Sequence record: NZ_CP094333.1
Reading direction: 5' to 3' (one strand)
Length of the DNA: 64,000 nucleotides
DNA from: a plasmid
The notes under the pieces are model-generated. The model was not told the origin of the DNA and made no database searches. It worked only from the letters and a program-made list of their open reading frames with translations. The translations under genes and the position numbers were made by a program. Positions 10,488-20,914 of the stretch are shown piece after piece (the first letter of the stretch is position 1; each line of letters begins with the position of its first letter).

Positions 10488-10817
10488 GTGCCAATGGCTT
10501 CTAAAAAATTTTACTCAGATGATGACATCCAGCTGGCAAAAGCTGCTTTATCGGAATTGCCAGATCTCACCGCTCAACGGAAAACATTGCGTGATTTTCT
10601 TGATGCCATTCGTGATGACATTATTGTTCTGGTAAGGACAAAGGGTTATACACTGGCAGATGTTCGTGACACGCTCAAAAATGCAGGGTATGAAGTAGGA
10701 GAGAAGGCACTTCGTGACATTATTCGGGAAGCAGAATCGAAAAAGCCATCCCGCCGTCTTCCTCTAAAACAGCATCTAAAAAGACAGATTCAGCCAGGAA
10801 AGATGGCATCGATATGA
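10488..10817 (+). CDS. Hypothetical leading-region protein (109 aa)
   Basis: ORF with RBS (gagagaaagtgccaATG) next to oriT. Confidence 0.45.
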   Translation: MPMASKKFYSDDDIQLAKAALSELPDLTAQRKTLRDFLDAIRDDIIVLVRTKGYTLADVRDTLKNAGYEVGEKALRDIIREAESKKPSRRLPLKQHLKRQIQPGKMASI

Positions 10818-10913
10818 ACAACAATTGATGTGACAATGTCACATCATGTTCTGATATTATGATGATTACAGAAAAAAAAGCCCCGGCATAAATACCAGGG
10901 CTTTTCTGTTTAA

Positions 10914-11765
10914 TCAGACTCGTGGCGGCAATGCACCTGGATAATGCCGTGCAATAATATCATTCAGTTTTTCAACAAGGTCAGAACGCTTAAAGACAAT
11001 GTGTACGGTCCCTTTCTGGTAGCCACGCACCGTAAAATATTCCCCTTCTAACAGCTTACCGACATTGTCGCCGTTCCCGAGAAATTCACCATACTGCGCC
11101 CCGATACTGTTCCTGAAGTCAGGAACGTTGCGCCCCTCCAGCAGATAAAACGGACGTACCAGGTCATCCAGTGCCTCCCGTCCGCTGCAGTCCAGCGTCA
11201 CACGCCCGTTACTCCAGCGGTACAGCAGGTTTTCAATAATGATTTTCTTACCCAGACGGCAGGGATTATTGGTTCTGTAATCCCATGACAATTTCCGGTA
11301 GACATCAATCAGTCCCTGTTCAAATGTCTGCATCTTGCAGGCATTCAGATGGCGGAATGTTGCCAGTACATTGTCCAGGGTGATTTCAGGACAGGTGTCG
11401 CTCATCAGCTGGCTGTTCCACTCATCACGCTGGCATGAACTCATGAAGGTGTACATGCCCGTATCTGTCATCAGGCGGTCCCAGATTTTCCGGTCGGCAA
11501 GACGGGTGATATTCCTTTTCGCTTCTTCCGGTTTATCTATGCGACGAACGGAATCAGTCACGCAGTCTTCAAACCCGTAAAGAAAAATATCACCTGACGC
11601 ATCGAGCAGAATCTTGCGCGCTGTCGCCAGGCATTCCATCGCCTGCATGAACAGTGCAATACCTTCGTTACGCTGCGCGATGATGCGGTCGATAGCCACA
11701 GACGGAATAACATCTGTCGTGCCGGCAGTATTCAGGTCAGCAGTGGGTAAAGTCTGATTCATCAC
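10914..11765 (-). CDS. Hypothetical leading-region protein (283 aa)
   Basis: Long ORF directly downstream of Frpo-like repeat copy 1. Confidence 0.5.
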   Translation of the reverse strand: MMNQTLPTADLNTAGTTDVIPSVAIDRIIAQRNEGIALFMQAMECLATARKILLDASGDIFLYGFEDCVTDSVRRIDKPEEAKRNITRLADRKIWDRLMTDTGMYTFMSSCQRDEWNSQLMSDTCPEITLDNVLATFRHLNACKMQTFEQGLIDVYRKLSWDYRTNNPCRLGKKIIIENLLYRWSNGRVTLDCSGREALDDLVRPFYLLEGRNVPDFRNSIGAQYGEFLGNGDNVGKLLEGEYFTVRGYQKGTVHIVFKRSDLVEKLNDIIARHYPGALPPRV

Positions 11766-11799
11766 ATTGTCTCCTCATCGTCACGACTGCCGGGACAGC

Positions 11800-12200
11800 C
11801 AGGTCATTTCCCGGAGGAGCGAAGCTCCTTCTGCCGTCCGGGTCTTCGGGGATTTCCCCGCAGTGGACCTTTCCGACGGGGGACGCTCACCACGTCACGG
11901 GGCAGTTGTCCGGGGGCAGACGCAAAAGTTTTTGACGCCTGCGGCAAAAAGTTTTGTGGCTGGTACATCTCTCCCCTGGACGACTGAAACGGGATGTGGT
12001 CATGTATGTACCCCCGGAAAGTCCGTCTGCGGAGAACAGGCCGCAGTGCGGCGGCAGACAGGCAGAGACAGCTGCGCCATCAGGCGCAGTGGCCTTACAC
12101 ACCGTAAGGTGTGCAGGGAGCGCCGCATACGGCGCGACTGAAGAAAAACGACGGCACAACAATGGCATGTGGTGGTCACTGGCACACCACTCCCGCACAG
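11800..12200. promoter_or_regulatory. Frpo/ssi-like single-strand promoter repeat, copy 1
   Basis: GC-rich structured block (ggagcgaagctccttctgccgtcc...cgcagtggacctttccga...ctgcgccatcaggcgcagtggccttacacaccgt). It recurs at 14665-15345 and 26385-26893. Confidence 0.55.
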
Positions 12201-12341
12201 GTGAAAACAGAGAAAACCGCACGACATTTACAAGCAAAAAAAGTGAAATTTCTTCACTTTTTTACACTTATTTATCGCGCTGATTTGGCAATTGTGATGA
12301 TAAAATAAAGTGAAGTTTTTTCACTTTTTCAAAGGTGTTTT

Positions 12342-12593
12342 ATGACCGGCTGGGAACTGCGAATCTGGCGAAAAAGCATGCTCTGGTCACGCGAAAAAGC
12401 GGCCAGAGAATTTGGCGTGACGCAGAGAACATGGCACGCCTGGGAAAATGCGGAACAGGTGGACGTCACCGTCTGGAGGACCACCCAGGCACTTTCAGTC
12501 CGTGACCTGCTGCCTCACATGCAGGGGATGCGTAAGGCAGATATCATCAGGCGACTGGAAAATGAACTGGGGGAAACGGCAGAGGATGTGTGA
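12342..12593 (+). CDS. Small HTH DNA-binding protein (83 aa)
   Basis: Two palindromes in the promoter: aagtgaaatttcttcactt at ~12238-12262 and aagtgaagttttttcactt at ~12308-12330. Confidence 0.45.
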   Translation: MTGWELRIWRKSMLWSREKAAREFGVTQRTWHAWENAEQVDVTVWRTTQALSVRDLLPHMQGMRKADIIRRLENELGETAEDV

Positions 12594-12623
12594 GCGTGAT
12601 TCACAGCCTGGCTGAATGCCAGG

Positions 12624-12779
12624 CTACTGCTCATCAGGAAACAGCTTTTTCAGTTCTTCACCGGAAAGTCCGGTTGCCTCCTGAATCCGTTCCGGCGTCC
12701 AGCCCATATCCCGCAGCCGGCAGGCTATTTCCCGCGCCACTTCAAGTGCGCCTTTTTGAATAAGACGTTCTGCAATCGT
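12624..12779 (-). CDS. Stand-alone paralogue of the Rpn C-terminal tail (52 aa counted from MTIAERL)
   Basis: MTIAERLIQKGALEVAREIACRLRDMGWTPERIQEATGLSGEELKK matches the C-terminus of the adjacent Rpn (MTIAERLEQKG...ALEKALAIACQLQKMGMTPEQIKQATGLSDDELKK). Confidence 0.35.
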   Translation of the reverse strand, partial: TIAERLIQKGALEVAREIACRLRDMGWTPERIQEATGLSGEELKKLFPDEQ

Positions 12780-12804
12780 CATGCTGTTTGCTCTGCTCCT
12801 GCTG

Positions 12805-12831
12805 ACAAAAAAGCCCGGCATTTTGCCGGGC
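12805..12831 (-). terminator. Rho-independent terminator downstream of rpn
   Basis: gcccggcaaaatgccgggc hairpin followed by T6 on the minus strand. Confidence 0.55.
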
Positions 12832-12843
12832 TGTGATGTTTAC

Positions 12844-13827
12844 TCAGTGAGTGATTTTCTTCAGTTCGTCATCGGAAAGTCCGGTAGCCTGCTTAATCTG
12901 CTCCGGCGTCATCCCCATTTTCTGAAGCTGGCACGCAATAGCCAGGGCTTTTTCAAGCGCTCCTTCCATGCGTCCTTCCATGCGTCCTTCCATCCTGCCT
13001 TCCTGGCGACCTTTTTGCTCAAGACGTTCTGCGATAGTCATCAGTTTATCCTCATGCTGCGGCAGACGCTCAGCCAGCGCCCGCATAAATTCCGGTGATA
13101 CAGAGTCCCCTGCGTTAACGATGTAATGAATCAGAACACGCACCTGCTCGTCTGAAATTTCCACCATGACCTGCGGGAGTTTGTCCAGCAGCTCCATCAT
13201 GTCACGATGGCGGATATGCTTCATCAGCAGCGTCAGTGCGGCCATCCGGCGATGGTTCATGATTTCATTGTCATCAACGACAGTGATATCAACCAGCGGA
13301 AACGGCTTTGTGTATATTTTAGCCGCAAGCGCCGGATTCTCAAAACAGTCCAGCCAGTTCATGCTGTACGGGTACGGGCTGCGCTCACCGTGATAGAACA
13401 GCACCGGAATGACCAGTGGCAACGTTTTGTGCTGCTCCAGATGTCTCTGCATCGCCGCCACACTGTAACGTAACATGCGGAAAGGCATGTACAGATTTTC
13501 GGTGCTCTGGTGCTCGATGAGCGTATAAACATAGCCATCTTCACCCCCGGTGGTTTTCACACTCCAGAGGATATCGCTGGCGTACTGATGCAGGTCCGGC
13601 TCAACAAAGGTGGCGGGTTCCAGCTTCAGCGTGGACAGGTCGCACAACTGCCGGTACTCCGCCGGAAGATGCAGTTCCAGAAAATCTCTGGCGACGTCGG
13701 GATTCGCCAGGAACGACCGGAACGCGGCATCATGCGGCGTGGGCGTCGTGGTGGTTTTCTTCTTACTCACGGTTCCTCCTGGTGAGATGTCTGAACGTAT
13801 CCTGCCGCCTGCACAGGCAGACGGCAA
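12844..13827 (-). CDS. rpn: Rpn-family (YhgA-like) recombination-promoting PD-(D/E)XK nuclease
   Basis: 327 aa with the YhgA-like architecture. Its C-terminal tail carries an (EGRM)n repeat. Confidence 0.8.
   Translation of the reverse strand: MPSACAGGRIRSDISPGGTVSKKKTTTTPTPHDAAFRSFLANPDVARDFLELHLPAEYRQLCDLSTLKLEPATFVEPDLHQYASDILWSVKTTGGEDGYVYTLIEHQSTENLYMPFRMLRYSVAAMQRHLEQHKTLPLVIPVLFYHGERSPYPYSMNWLDCFENPALAAKIYTKPFPLVDITVVDDNEIMNHRRMAALTLLMKHIRHRDMMELLDKLPQVMVEISDEQVRVLIHYIVNAGDSVSPEFMRALAERLPQHEDKLMTIAERLEQKGRQEGRMEGRMEGRMEGALEKALAIACQLQKMGMTPEQIKQATGLSDDELKKITH
12960..13003. repeat. Tandem 12-bp repeat inside rpn encoding EGRMEGRMEGRMEG
   Basis: cgtccttccatg repeated three times plus a partial fourth. 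Confidence 0.8.
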
Positions 13828-13834
13828 GGGTTAA

Positions 13835-14101
13835 TCAGTGGCAGACCCGCTCAATTTCAAGCGCGCGGAGCAGGTGGCCCCATTCGCTGACTTTCATAGC
13901 GGGGATACGCACCCGCTTCTGCTCACTGCAGCGTCTGGCGATATGGCCGCTCATCGCCAGGACGTCCGGGTTAATCTCATCCTGTGCCAGCTCCTGACGT
14001 CTGAAGCGGGTATGGCGGTGCAGGGGTTTATTCTCCCGCAGGCACTCTTCACGCAGACGCTTTACATACTCGGCGGTTGCGAAGATAATTGATGGTCTCA
14101 T
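13835..14101 (-). CDS. Hypothetical leading-region protein (88 aa)
   Basis: ORF only. Confidence 0.35.
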   Translation of the reverse strand: MRPSIIFATAEYVKRLREECLRENKPLHRHTRFRRQELAQDEINPDVLAMSGHIARRCSEQKRVRIPAMKVSEWGHLLRALEIERVCH

Positions 14102-14194
14102 GGCATAATCTCCATAGATAGTGATTGAGATGCCGGACTTCCTGGCGGGGAAGCGCCGGCGGAGAGAGGCAGGGTTTATCGCCCTGCCTTTTTT

Positions 14195-14629
14195 TCATTT
14201 CGGACAGCGACGCAGTGCCAGCGCGAGCGCTTTCATCTTCCAGCCTTCCGGCGTGCGGTACATCACCTTCCAGTAGCCGTCGATGAACACATAATGGAAG
14301 CGCACCTCTTCAGTGCTTTCAGTGGCAATAGCCTCCCTGAAAGAACGGTACTCACGCGCCTCACTGTCCATCCGGAAACCACTGTCACGTCCGTAATAAG
14401 CCGTCACACCGTCCACCGGGTTCTGAAGCGTATGCCCGGCGGGTTTGTCGCAACGGGGACCGAGGCAACGGATATCACCGTGTTCAACCAGGGCTTCGGC
14501 CTGCTGACCGGTGGCATAGTGGGTATGCAGGATGCGACCGTTCCAGGTCGGCTCCCCGTGCAGGTGGCAGTAAACGGTACGGAACACCCCGTCGCGGCAA
14601 AAAACGGAAATCGTGCTGCTGACTGTCAT
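14195..14629 (-). CDS. Hypothetical leading-region protein (144 aa)
   Basis: ORF directly downstream of Frpo-like copy 2. Confidence 0.5.
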   Translation of the reverse strand: MTVSSTISVFCRDGVFRTVYCHLHGEPTWNGRILHTHYATGQQAEALVEHGDIRCLGPRCDKPAGHTLQNPVDGVTAYYGRDSGFRMDSEAREYRSFREAIATESTEEVRFHYVFIDGYWKVMYRTPEGWKMKALALALRRCPK

Positions 14630-14664
14630 GAAAACGTCTCCTTCTGCTGAATCAGGTCGCCGGG

Positions 14665-15345
14665 CCGACCGGTTGCTCCCCGGAGGGGCGAAAGCCCCTT
14701 CTGCCGTCCACTTCTTCGGGGTTTCTCCCCGCAGTGGACCTTTCCGATGGGGCGTCCGTCACCACGTCACGGGGCAGCTGTCCGGGGGCGGACGCAAAAT
14801 TTTTTGCCGGGTTTATGGCTAAAAATTTTGTGGACGGTATATCTTCCCCTGGACTGCTGAAACGGGATGTGGTTACTCCAGCCCCCGGAAAGTCCACAGC
14901 GGGAAACAGGCCGCAGGGGTGGCGGCGGAAGGGTTGACTGCGCCATCAGGCGCAGTGGCCTTACACACCGTCAGGTGTGCAGGGAGCGCCGTTTCCGGCG
15001 CGACAGGGGCGGCGCGACCGGAACGGTCGCTGCAAGCCTGGTTTTTCAGACATCGGACCGTAGCGGCAGCCCGAAACCGCGCCAGCGGGTTCGGCGGAGA
15101 CTGGCGGGTGCGCCAGCAGCTGCCTGTCGGAGTCGGGCCTGACGACCGGATGCCGCCAGGCAGCCGGGAGCCGAAGGTGTCCCCGCCTCCGGAAATCAGA
15201 ACAACAGAAACGACATAACAGAAAAATGCCTCACACCATGACGGGCAGGAAGGGCAGCGCCGCAGGCGCGGCCCTCCTGCATTTCAGGCAGGCGTAAGCC
15301 TGCCAGGGTTTTCCGGCGGCCTGGCAGGCCATACCCCCGCCGGAG
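14665..15345. promoter_or_regulatory. Frpo/ssi-like single-strand promoter repeat, copy 2
   Basis: Shares long identical blocks with copies 1 and 3. Confidence 0.55.
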
Positions 15346-15357
15346 CGGGGGAGTAAA

Positions 15358-15858
15358 TCACCGACGGAACACATGACCGTCAATAAAGGTGAAGGAGTCC
15401 AGGAATAAATCCCGCGCATACGCCTCATAGTCAAAATAGAGCGCCACCGTCTCCGGCACGTCAGCCAGCAGGCCGGTATCACTGGCGAACTCAACCGCAA
15501 AAGCCTCCTCACTGTCAGCCTCGCCCCACCAGGCATCGCGGAAGGTGTCAAAATCCGTCTCACCGGTATCCTCCACCCAGAGACGATAAGCCTCTTCGCA
15601 GCCTTCATCCCGTGCCAGGCGGAAGCCTTCAACCCAGGCCCAGTTGATATGGCATTCAGAGGCCATATTCCCCGGGAATCCCTCATAATCCTGAAACATC
15701 AGTTCAGGATCGGCTTCATCCTGGTGAAGAGCACGGCAGGCGGCGAAAAAGTCGCGCTCATCATCAAACGTGGTCAGGTCAAACCAGCGTCCGGCGATGC
15801 TTCCACAGTTGTATTTGTGCCAGGTTCCAACGTATACAGCAGGTGCAACAACAGACAT
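15358..15858 (-). CDS. ardA: ArdA anti-restriction protein (DNA mimic, inhibits type I R-M)
   Basis: [38 protein letters not shown]... matches ArdA. The in-frame MEDSGM start at 15873 is an alternative. Confidence 0.9.
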   Translation of the reverse strand: MSVVAPAVYVGTWHKYNCGSIAGRWFDLTTFDDERDFFAACRALHQDEADPELMFQDYEGFPGNMASECHINWAWVEGFRLARDEGCEEAYRLWVEDTGETDFDTFRDAWWGEADSEEAFAVEFASDTGLLADVPETVALYFDYEAYARDLFLDSFTFIDGHVFRR

Positions 15859-15879
15859 TCCCGAATCCTCCATAGTCAC

Positions 15880-16225
15880 ATGTTCTGCGACACCGGGCGG
15901 TGCCGTGCCTCCATAAAAGCCGGGCGATAAGGCGGGGATGCAGGGGCGCAAGGGAAGCCGCAGCCTGACGCACACGGCTGACGGGAGTTGCAGGGTGAGG
16001 CCGCGAAACCTGAGCGGACGAACGACCGGAAAATCACGGCAGACGGGAAGGAGGGACCGGGTGACCGCAGCGGCGAAGCGTACCCTTGCATCCCTGCCAG
16101 CCCGGCTAAGATGGAGGCACGGCACAGCCCGCACACGACGCTGAGGCCACAGAGCTGAAACCCCACAAGGCCATGCCCCGCATGGCCGGGTAAAAGCGGA
16201 GCCGCCGGCGACTTCCTTATTCCGG
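15880..16225. repeat. About 345-bp upstream region of ardA, duplicated upstream of klcA
   Basis: About 95% identical to 30538-30880 (gacaccgggcggtgccgtgcctccataaaagccgggcga...). Confidence 0.8.
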
Positions 16226-16457
16226 CGAGTGCAGAGGACACGCCGCATGACCTCCAGACCACCCCTGATATGAAACGATCATGATCGGCGTGTCCCTGCG
16301 TAAAATATACATGCCTGGTTCACCGGAGAATATCTGTGATATCCACAAGTTTTCTGTCGCGCAGCCAGTCCTGCGCTTCACGCACCACACAACTGTCCGG
16401 TTTCACCGCTTTCAGCGATGATGCCAGTCGCTTGATCAACATCACCAGTTCCCGTGT

Positions 16458-16916
16458 CTATATGTCCGGCATTGTCTCCGGCGGAGCAGGGGGACTCTCA
16501 TTTCCGACGCTCATCCCATGCGCTTCCAGTGTGGCACGGACAAACCAGGCGGCATCGACCAGTTGCTGTCCAATCCAGGCCAGATCGGCATTTCTGTCAC
16601 GGGCTGCCATTCGCTCGCCCGACAGCGCCTTGCTGATATGGCTGCGCACCAGATTATCCAGGAGTGCCTGCGCTTCTTCCGGTGAAAAGCCACCTGGTAT
16701 CTCTGTGCGCAACAGCCCTTTCCTGTACAGAAGCTGCAGCAGATCAACCTGCGACCGCACAGCAACTATCAGTACATAACGGACAACATTCGCACTGGCA
16801 GTGGTTTCTGTATCATTCAGCAGTTCTTCCGGATCGTTCCCCCCGGTGTTGCAGAGCAACGGCAACAGAGGTCGCATCCACGCGGGAACCTGGTATTTTT
16901 CGTCTGATTTCATCAT
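16458..16916 (-). CDS. Hypothetical leading-region protein (start at MMKSDEK)
   Basis: ATGATGA overlap with the psiA stop suggests translational coupling. Confidence 0.5.
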   Translation of the reverse strand: MMKSDEKYQVPAWMRPLLPLLCNTGGNDPEELLNDTETTASANVVRYVLIVAVRSQVDLLQLLYRKGLLRTEIPGGFSPEEAQALLDNLVRSHISKALSGERMAARDRNADLAWIGQQLVDAAWFVRATLEAHGMSVGNESPPAPPETMPDI

Positions 16917-17632
16917 ATTACGTTCTCCAGCTTGTTCGGGATCATCCACTGCTCAAGTGCACGTACCTGTACCGGTGCACCACGACCGGCCTCACCGGCT
17001 TCAAAAATCAGCCGCCAGAGTGGTTCCTCCTGCCAGAAAAACCGGTCAAATGATGACAGTGATGGAAAACGCCCGCACCACCCCCAGAAAATCGTTTCCA
17101 GATCATGCTCCTCAACAACACCAGACCAGCGGGACAACCAGCTTCCGACCGTGGCGGGAGTATGAAACGCAAGGTCAATCTGCGCCTGAGCAAAACATGT
17201 CTGGTATTCCAGTTCCCGTCGTTCTGCCTCACGTTCCCGCTGGCGGCTGTATTTCTGCTCTGTCAGCGTGGTTTTCTGACGACGACGCTCACCTTCACGA
17301 AAAGGCACGGACGGGAACAGACGGTGCCCCGCATCGGATGGCAGGGGAAGAACACAGACTTCCCCAAAACTTTCAATCAGTTTATCCACGGCAGCCAGCC
17401 ACAGGAGACGGTTGCCATGAAATTCCTCCTTCGTCAGCGCAGGGGCAAAAAAGCGGAGATCGGTCAGCGAAATCCGGCGACTGCCATTCAGGCAGCGAAA
17501 GAAAGCGGTGGCATAAGGCCATGCTGAAAGTGTGCGTCCCTGACGACGACGTTGTTCTGTGACAGCCACCGCCTGCATGGCGGCCTGTTGTTCTGCGCTG
17601 AGGGGGATCAGTGCCCGTGAACGTGCGCTCAT
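16913..17632 (-). CDS. psiA: PsiA plasmid SOS-inhibition protein
   Basis: 239 aa, overlaps psiB by 4 bp, conserved leading-region position. Confidence 0.85.
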   Translation of the reverse strand: MSARSRALIPLSAEQQAAMQAVAVTEQRRRQGRTLSAWPYATAFFRCLNGSRRISLTDLRFFAPALTKEEFHGNRLLWLAAVDKLIESFGEVCVLPLPSDAGHRLFPSVPFREGERRRQKTTLTEQKYSRQREREAERRELEYQTCFAQAQIDLAFHTPATVGSWLSRWSGVVEEHDLETIFWGWCGRFPSLSSFDRFFWQEEPLWRLIFEAGEAGRGAPVQVRALEQWMIPNKLENVI

Positions 17633-18066
17633 GCCTGACCTCCTTCTGCCATCAGGATATGGATGATGTCGTTAACACTGTATCCCTGCGCATCCAGTGT
17701 CGCGGCAAGCGCCAGCGTGTGACTGATCGCGGCAGGCGTGAAGATATGTTGCACCTGAACGACGGCGAAAGGCTGTCCACCACCATTCACCAGAACCAGC
17801 ATCCAGAGCTGAGAGACGTCTCCCGGCGAACATAATGCCAGGTGGAAACGTTCGTGGGCTGGCGTGAAACGAACCTGGACGGGGAAAAAGCCCCCGAACT
17901 CGCTGCCATACTCTCCGTTCATCATCCAGTTAGCCGGTGCGTCCACTTTACGCATCACCTCGTGAGTGAGATTACGGCGCATATCGCTTCCCGCAGCACG
18001 GATTTCTTCATATTCCTGGGCATTCATGGACTGCAGGGCATTCAGTGTCAGTTCGGTATTCATCAT
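17629..18066 (-). CDS. psiB: PsiB plasmid SOS inhibitor (binds RecA)
   Basis: [27 protein letters not shown]...[14 protein letters not shown] closely matches F PsiB. Confidence 0.9.
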   Translation of the reverse strand: MMNTELTLNALQSMNAQEYEEIRAAGSDMRRNLTHEVMRKVDAPANWMMNGEYGSEFGGFFPVQVRFTPAHERFHLALCSPGDVSQLWMLVLVNGGGQPFAVVQVQHIFTPAAISHTLALAATLDAQGYSVNDIIHILMAEGGQA

Positions 18067-18117
18067 CGTATTTCTCCCTCTGCCGCCCCGTCTCCGGCGG
18101 GGCGGTGTGGTTGTTCA

Positions 18118-20082
18118 TCAGGCGGCATCAGCCAGGTTATCGGCGCGTTCAGTGGCATCCGTCTGTGGACGTGGTGAACACATCCAGCCAGGCACCCAGC
18201 GGTTGTCTTTCATATGGAACTCTGCATGTTCAGCGGCATCGCCTTTCTTCATCTTCTCTGCGTCCCGTGCGGCACCGGACAGTCCGGCATCATTCAGGGC
18301 TGCGATAATCTGCGGCTTTTTCAGGTGTCCGAAGAAGTTTGCTTTCGTCGGCTGCCACCAGTCGCGCATGTGAAAACCGATGGCGCTCTCCAGTGAGTCA
18401 AGCGGACTGCGTGACGTGCGACCACACTCGCGGGTCTGGACACCGTTAAGGCTGCATGCGGTGCAGAAACTGAGCAGGGATAACAGCACCTCCTGACTGA
18501 GTGACAGGAACGTCGTCATGTCCCGTGACCATCCCTCCGGTAACAGGGCCGCAAGACGGGCTTTTTCTGCCATCAGCGCCAGGAATGCGGCACCTTCCTT
18601 CCCTGACGGCGCATCGCTGGTCAGCGAATAATGTTTACATTCCAGGCTGATTTGTGCTGGTTTACTGTACGCTCCGCTGTCAAACACATTCAGGCAGAGC
18701 GTCCATGCCAGCAGTGCCAGAGATTTGTCCGGTTGCTGCATCAGTGCTGCCTGGACTGCCAGCGTGCGTTCGGAAGACATTTTCGTCAGCAACGGCAGAC
18801 TGATTTCCTCCACTGACGCTTTCTCCTGCACCTGTTCCGTGCGGTCAGCGTCATCAGTCGCGTCATCTTCACTGCGCAACTGCACACCACGCTGGACACA
18901 CACATTACCGTAACGCCAGGACACCACCACGCCACTTCCGGCACGCATCTCCGGCGTCCACGCCCTGACCTTCGCCATGCAGCGCATCAGCTTCATTTCT
19001 GCTTCCAGCAGGTCGGATTCCTCACACTGGTTTTCCAGCGCGTCGTAACGCGTCATCAGTTCGTTCAGGCGTTCTTCTTCTGCCTCCGTCAGCACCGCTT
19101 CCGGCTCCGGCAGACAGCGGTATGTTCCGGCATCCTCACGGCACTCACCGACAGGCTCCATGCGTCCGGCGCACCATTCCCAGCCTTCGGCTTCCCGAAG
19201 GTGTTCAGCGACAGCCTGGAGTTTTTCCAGCAGGGCAGCATCGAGCGCCACGCGGTCGACATAACCGTCCCCGTCATCGCTGAACAAATCAGTACGCAGT
19301 TCGTCAGGTGAGAAAGCATCAGCCCCCACGAAGCGGAATTTACTGTTACCTGCCACCGCCACTTCACTTTCGGTCACCAGACGACGAATGGTCTGTACTT
19401 CCGGTTTACCGCCCCATCCCGACTGGCAGGCGGCTTCAAACACCTGCACCTGACGCGCGGTGTCGTTCTCCAGCGCCAGCGCCTGACAGTGCTCTGTGGT
19501 GATGCGGTCTTCTGCCAGCGCATCGAGGATGACAGGCGCAAGGTCTGCCAGTTTCAGCATTCGCTGAACGTGGCGGGGCGAATAGCCCAGCAAATCACCG
19601 ATTTGTGCAGGCGTTTTGCCTTCCTGCGCCATCGCACGGAATCCGGCAATCTGTTCGGCAGGGTGCATATCCCGACGATGACCGTTTTCAGTCATTGATG
19701 CAGCCGTCGCCAGCTCCTGCGGAATAACCTTCACGCGTACAGGCCAGTCAGCCGGAATGATGCCACGCTCTGCCAGCATGTTGAGTGCAGCCAGTCGGCG
19801 ACCACCTGCGGCGACACCGTAACGGTCACCAGGCAGGGTATGCACGACCAGATTCTGCAGCAGTCCGACGCCCTTAATGGACTCCGCCAGTTCGCTGACG
19901 GACTCCGCAGAATACGGCACCGTGCGCACATTCAGCGGTGATTTAATCAGCGAGGCCAGCGGCACGCTCACTTCCTCCGTCTGCGCCAGCAGGGCAGACA
20001 GGACAGTTTCCTGCGTTTTTACAGATTTACGGCTTGCTTTGCGGGTGGTTTCTGGTTCACACTTCGTTACAGGCATAATCAT
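18118..20082 (-). CDS. ParB/Srx-like nuclease-domain protein (654 aa) of leading regions
   Basis: N-terminal ParB-like domain (GxxRxxA context). Conserved position between ssb and psiB. Confidence 0.75.
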   Translation of the reverse strand: MIMPVTKCEPETTRKASRKSVKTQETVLSALLAQTEEVSVPLASLIKSPLNVRTVPYSAESVSELAESIKGVGLLQNLVVHTLPGDRYGVAAGGRRLAALNMLAERGIIPADWPVRVKVIPQELATAASMTENGHRRDMHPAEQIAGFRAMAQEGKTPAQIGDLLGYSPRHVQRMLKLADLAPVILDALAEDRITTEHCQALALENDTARQVQVFEAACQSGWGGKPEVQTIRRLVTESEVAVAGNSKFRFVGADAFSPDELRTDLFSDDGDGYVDRVALDAALLEKLQAVAEHLREAEGWEWCAGRMEPVGECREDAGTYRCLPEPEAVLTEAEEERLNELMTRYDALENQCEESDLLEAEMKLMRCMAKVRAWTPEMRAGSGVVVSWRYGNVCVQRGVQLRSEDDATDDADRTEQVQEKASVEEISLPLLTKMSSERTLAVQAALMQQPDKSLALLAWTLCLNVFDSGAYSKPAQISLECKHYSLTSDAPSGKEGAAFLALMAEKARLAALLPEGWSRDMTTFLSLSQEVLLSLLSFCTACSLNGVQTRECGRTSRSPLDSLESAIGFHMRDWWQPTKANFFGHLKKPQIIAALNDAGLSGAARDAEKMKKGDAAEHAEFHMKDNRWVPGWMCSPRPQTDATERADNLADAA

Positions 20083-20134
20083 CCCCTTATAATTGCTTAT
20101 GTCCTGCCGGACGTTCGCGCGTCCGGCACCTCTC

Positions 20135-20395
20135 TTACTTAAGAATCCCGAAATCCCTGATGTACTGGTTCATCCAGTACCCGGCACAGTCCTCAAAATT
20201 CCAGGAGCGCCAGATCAACGTGCCATCCTGACGGACAACCAGGCGAAAATGCGTTCCCTGATCATCCTCGATAAAGACGTTCCGGTACTGTGCGGCAACG
20301 GCTTCCGCCTGTTCGCGGGTAAAGGAGCCGTCCGGCAGTCCCTGAAGTATTCTGAAATATTCGCTCATCCTCATATCTCCGGTGATGCCCCGCAC
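20135..20395 (-). CDS. Hypothetical small leading-region protein (86 aa)
   Basis: ORF between ssb and the ParB-like gene. Confidence 0.45.
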   Translation of the reverse strand: MRGITGDMRMSEYFRILQGLPDGSFTREQAEAVAAQYRNVFIEDDQGTHFRLVVRQDGTLIWRSWNFEDCAGYWMNQYIRDFGILK

Positions 20396-20425
20396 AGGGC
20401 GGGGCGGTTGTCACAGTCAGCCCGA

Positions 20426-20914
20426 TCAGAACGGGATGTCGTCTGAAAACCCGTAATCCTCCCCCTCCGGCGGTTGCGGCTGAGGCTCTGGCTGCGCGGC
20501 CTTACGTCCACGGCCTTTCGTTTTCGCGCCACCTTTTTTCGTCGCGTCAGCACTCTGTGGCTGCCCATTCTGCTGAGGCTTCGGTTGCGCCTGAGCGTTC
20601 TGCTGTGGTGCACGTCCCAGCATCTGCACGGTGCCCGTGGTCTTAACAAGAATTTCAGTGACGTAACGGGTGATACCGTTATCTTCCCAGCTACGGGTGC
20701 GAAGCTGACCTTCGATGTAGACCTGCGCACCCTTGCACAGATATTCACCTGCCACTTCCGCGAGCTTGCCGAACAGCACCACGCGGTGCCATTCCGTCTG
20801 CTCCCGCATCTCCCCCGTCTGTTTGTCACGCCAGCTTTCTGATGTGGCCACCTGCAGGTTTGCCACTGCGCCCCCGTTGGGGATGTAACGGACTTCCGGA
20901 TCATTGCCCAGACG
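20426..20914 (-). CDS. ssb: Plasmid SSB, exon 2 (codons 14-175)
   Basis: [36 protein letters not shown]...DDIPF. Near-identical to F-plasmid SSB from residue 14 onwards. Confidence 0.85.
   Translation of the reverse strand, partial: RLGNDPEVRYIPNGGAVANLQVATSESWRDKQTGEMREQTEWHRVVLFGKLAEVAGEYLCKGAQVYIEGQLRTRSWEDNGITRYVTEILVKTTGTVQMLGRAPQQNAQAQPKPQQNGQPQSADATKKGGAKTKGRGRKAAQPEPQPQPPEGEDYGFSDDIPF

Noticed and set aside
11767-15218. Multiple 60-150-aa ORFs inside the Frpo-like repeats (e.g. 11887-12237, 14652-14897, 14919-15218, 26232-26853)
   Set aside because: They fall within repeated structured non-coding elements, are Arg/Gly-rich, and differ between repeat copies by frameshifts.
15358-16248. 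296-aa ORF extending ardA upstream through the GC-rich repeat
   Set aside because: ArdA homology begins at MSVVAP (15858). The upstream extension runs through the duplicated non-coding upstream block and is a high-GC open-frame artefact.
16258-16460. Possible hok/flm-like toxin downstream of the 16458-16916 gene
   Set aside because: The only small minus-strand ORF here (MLIKRLASSLKAV..., 41 aa) lacks the hydrophobic Hok transmembrane segment. The genuine Hok-family toxin in the window is pndA at 738-890.
16801-17562. 253-aa plus-strand ORF and other long antisense ORFs across psiA and the ParB-like gene
   Set aside because: Antisense to well-supported psiA/psiB homologues. Biased Ser/Arg/Pro composition.
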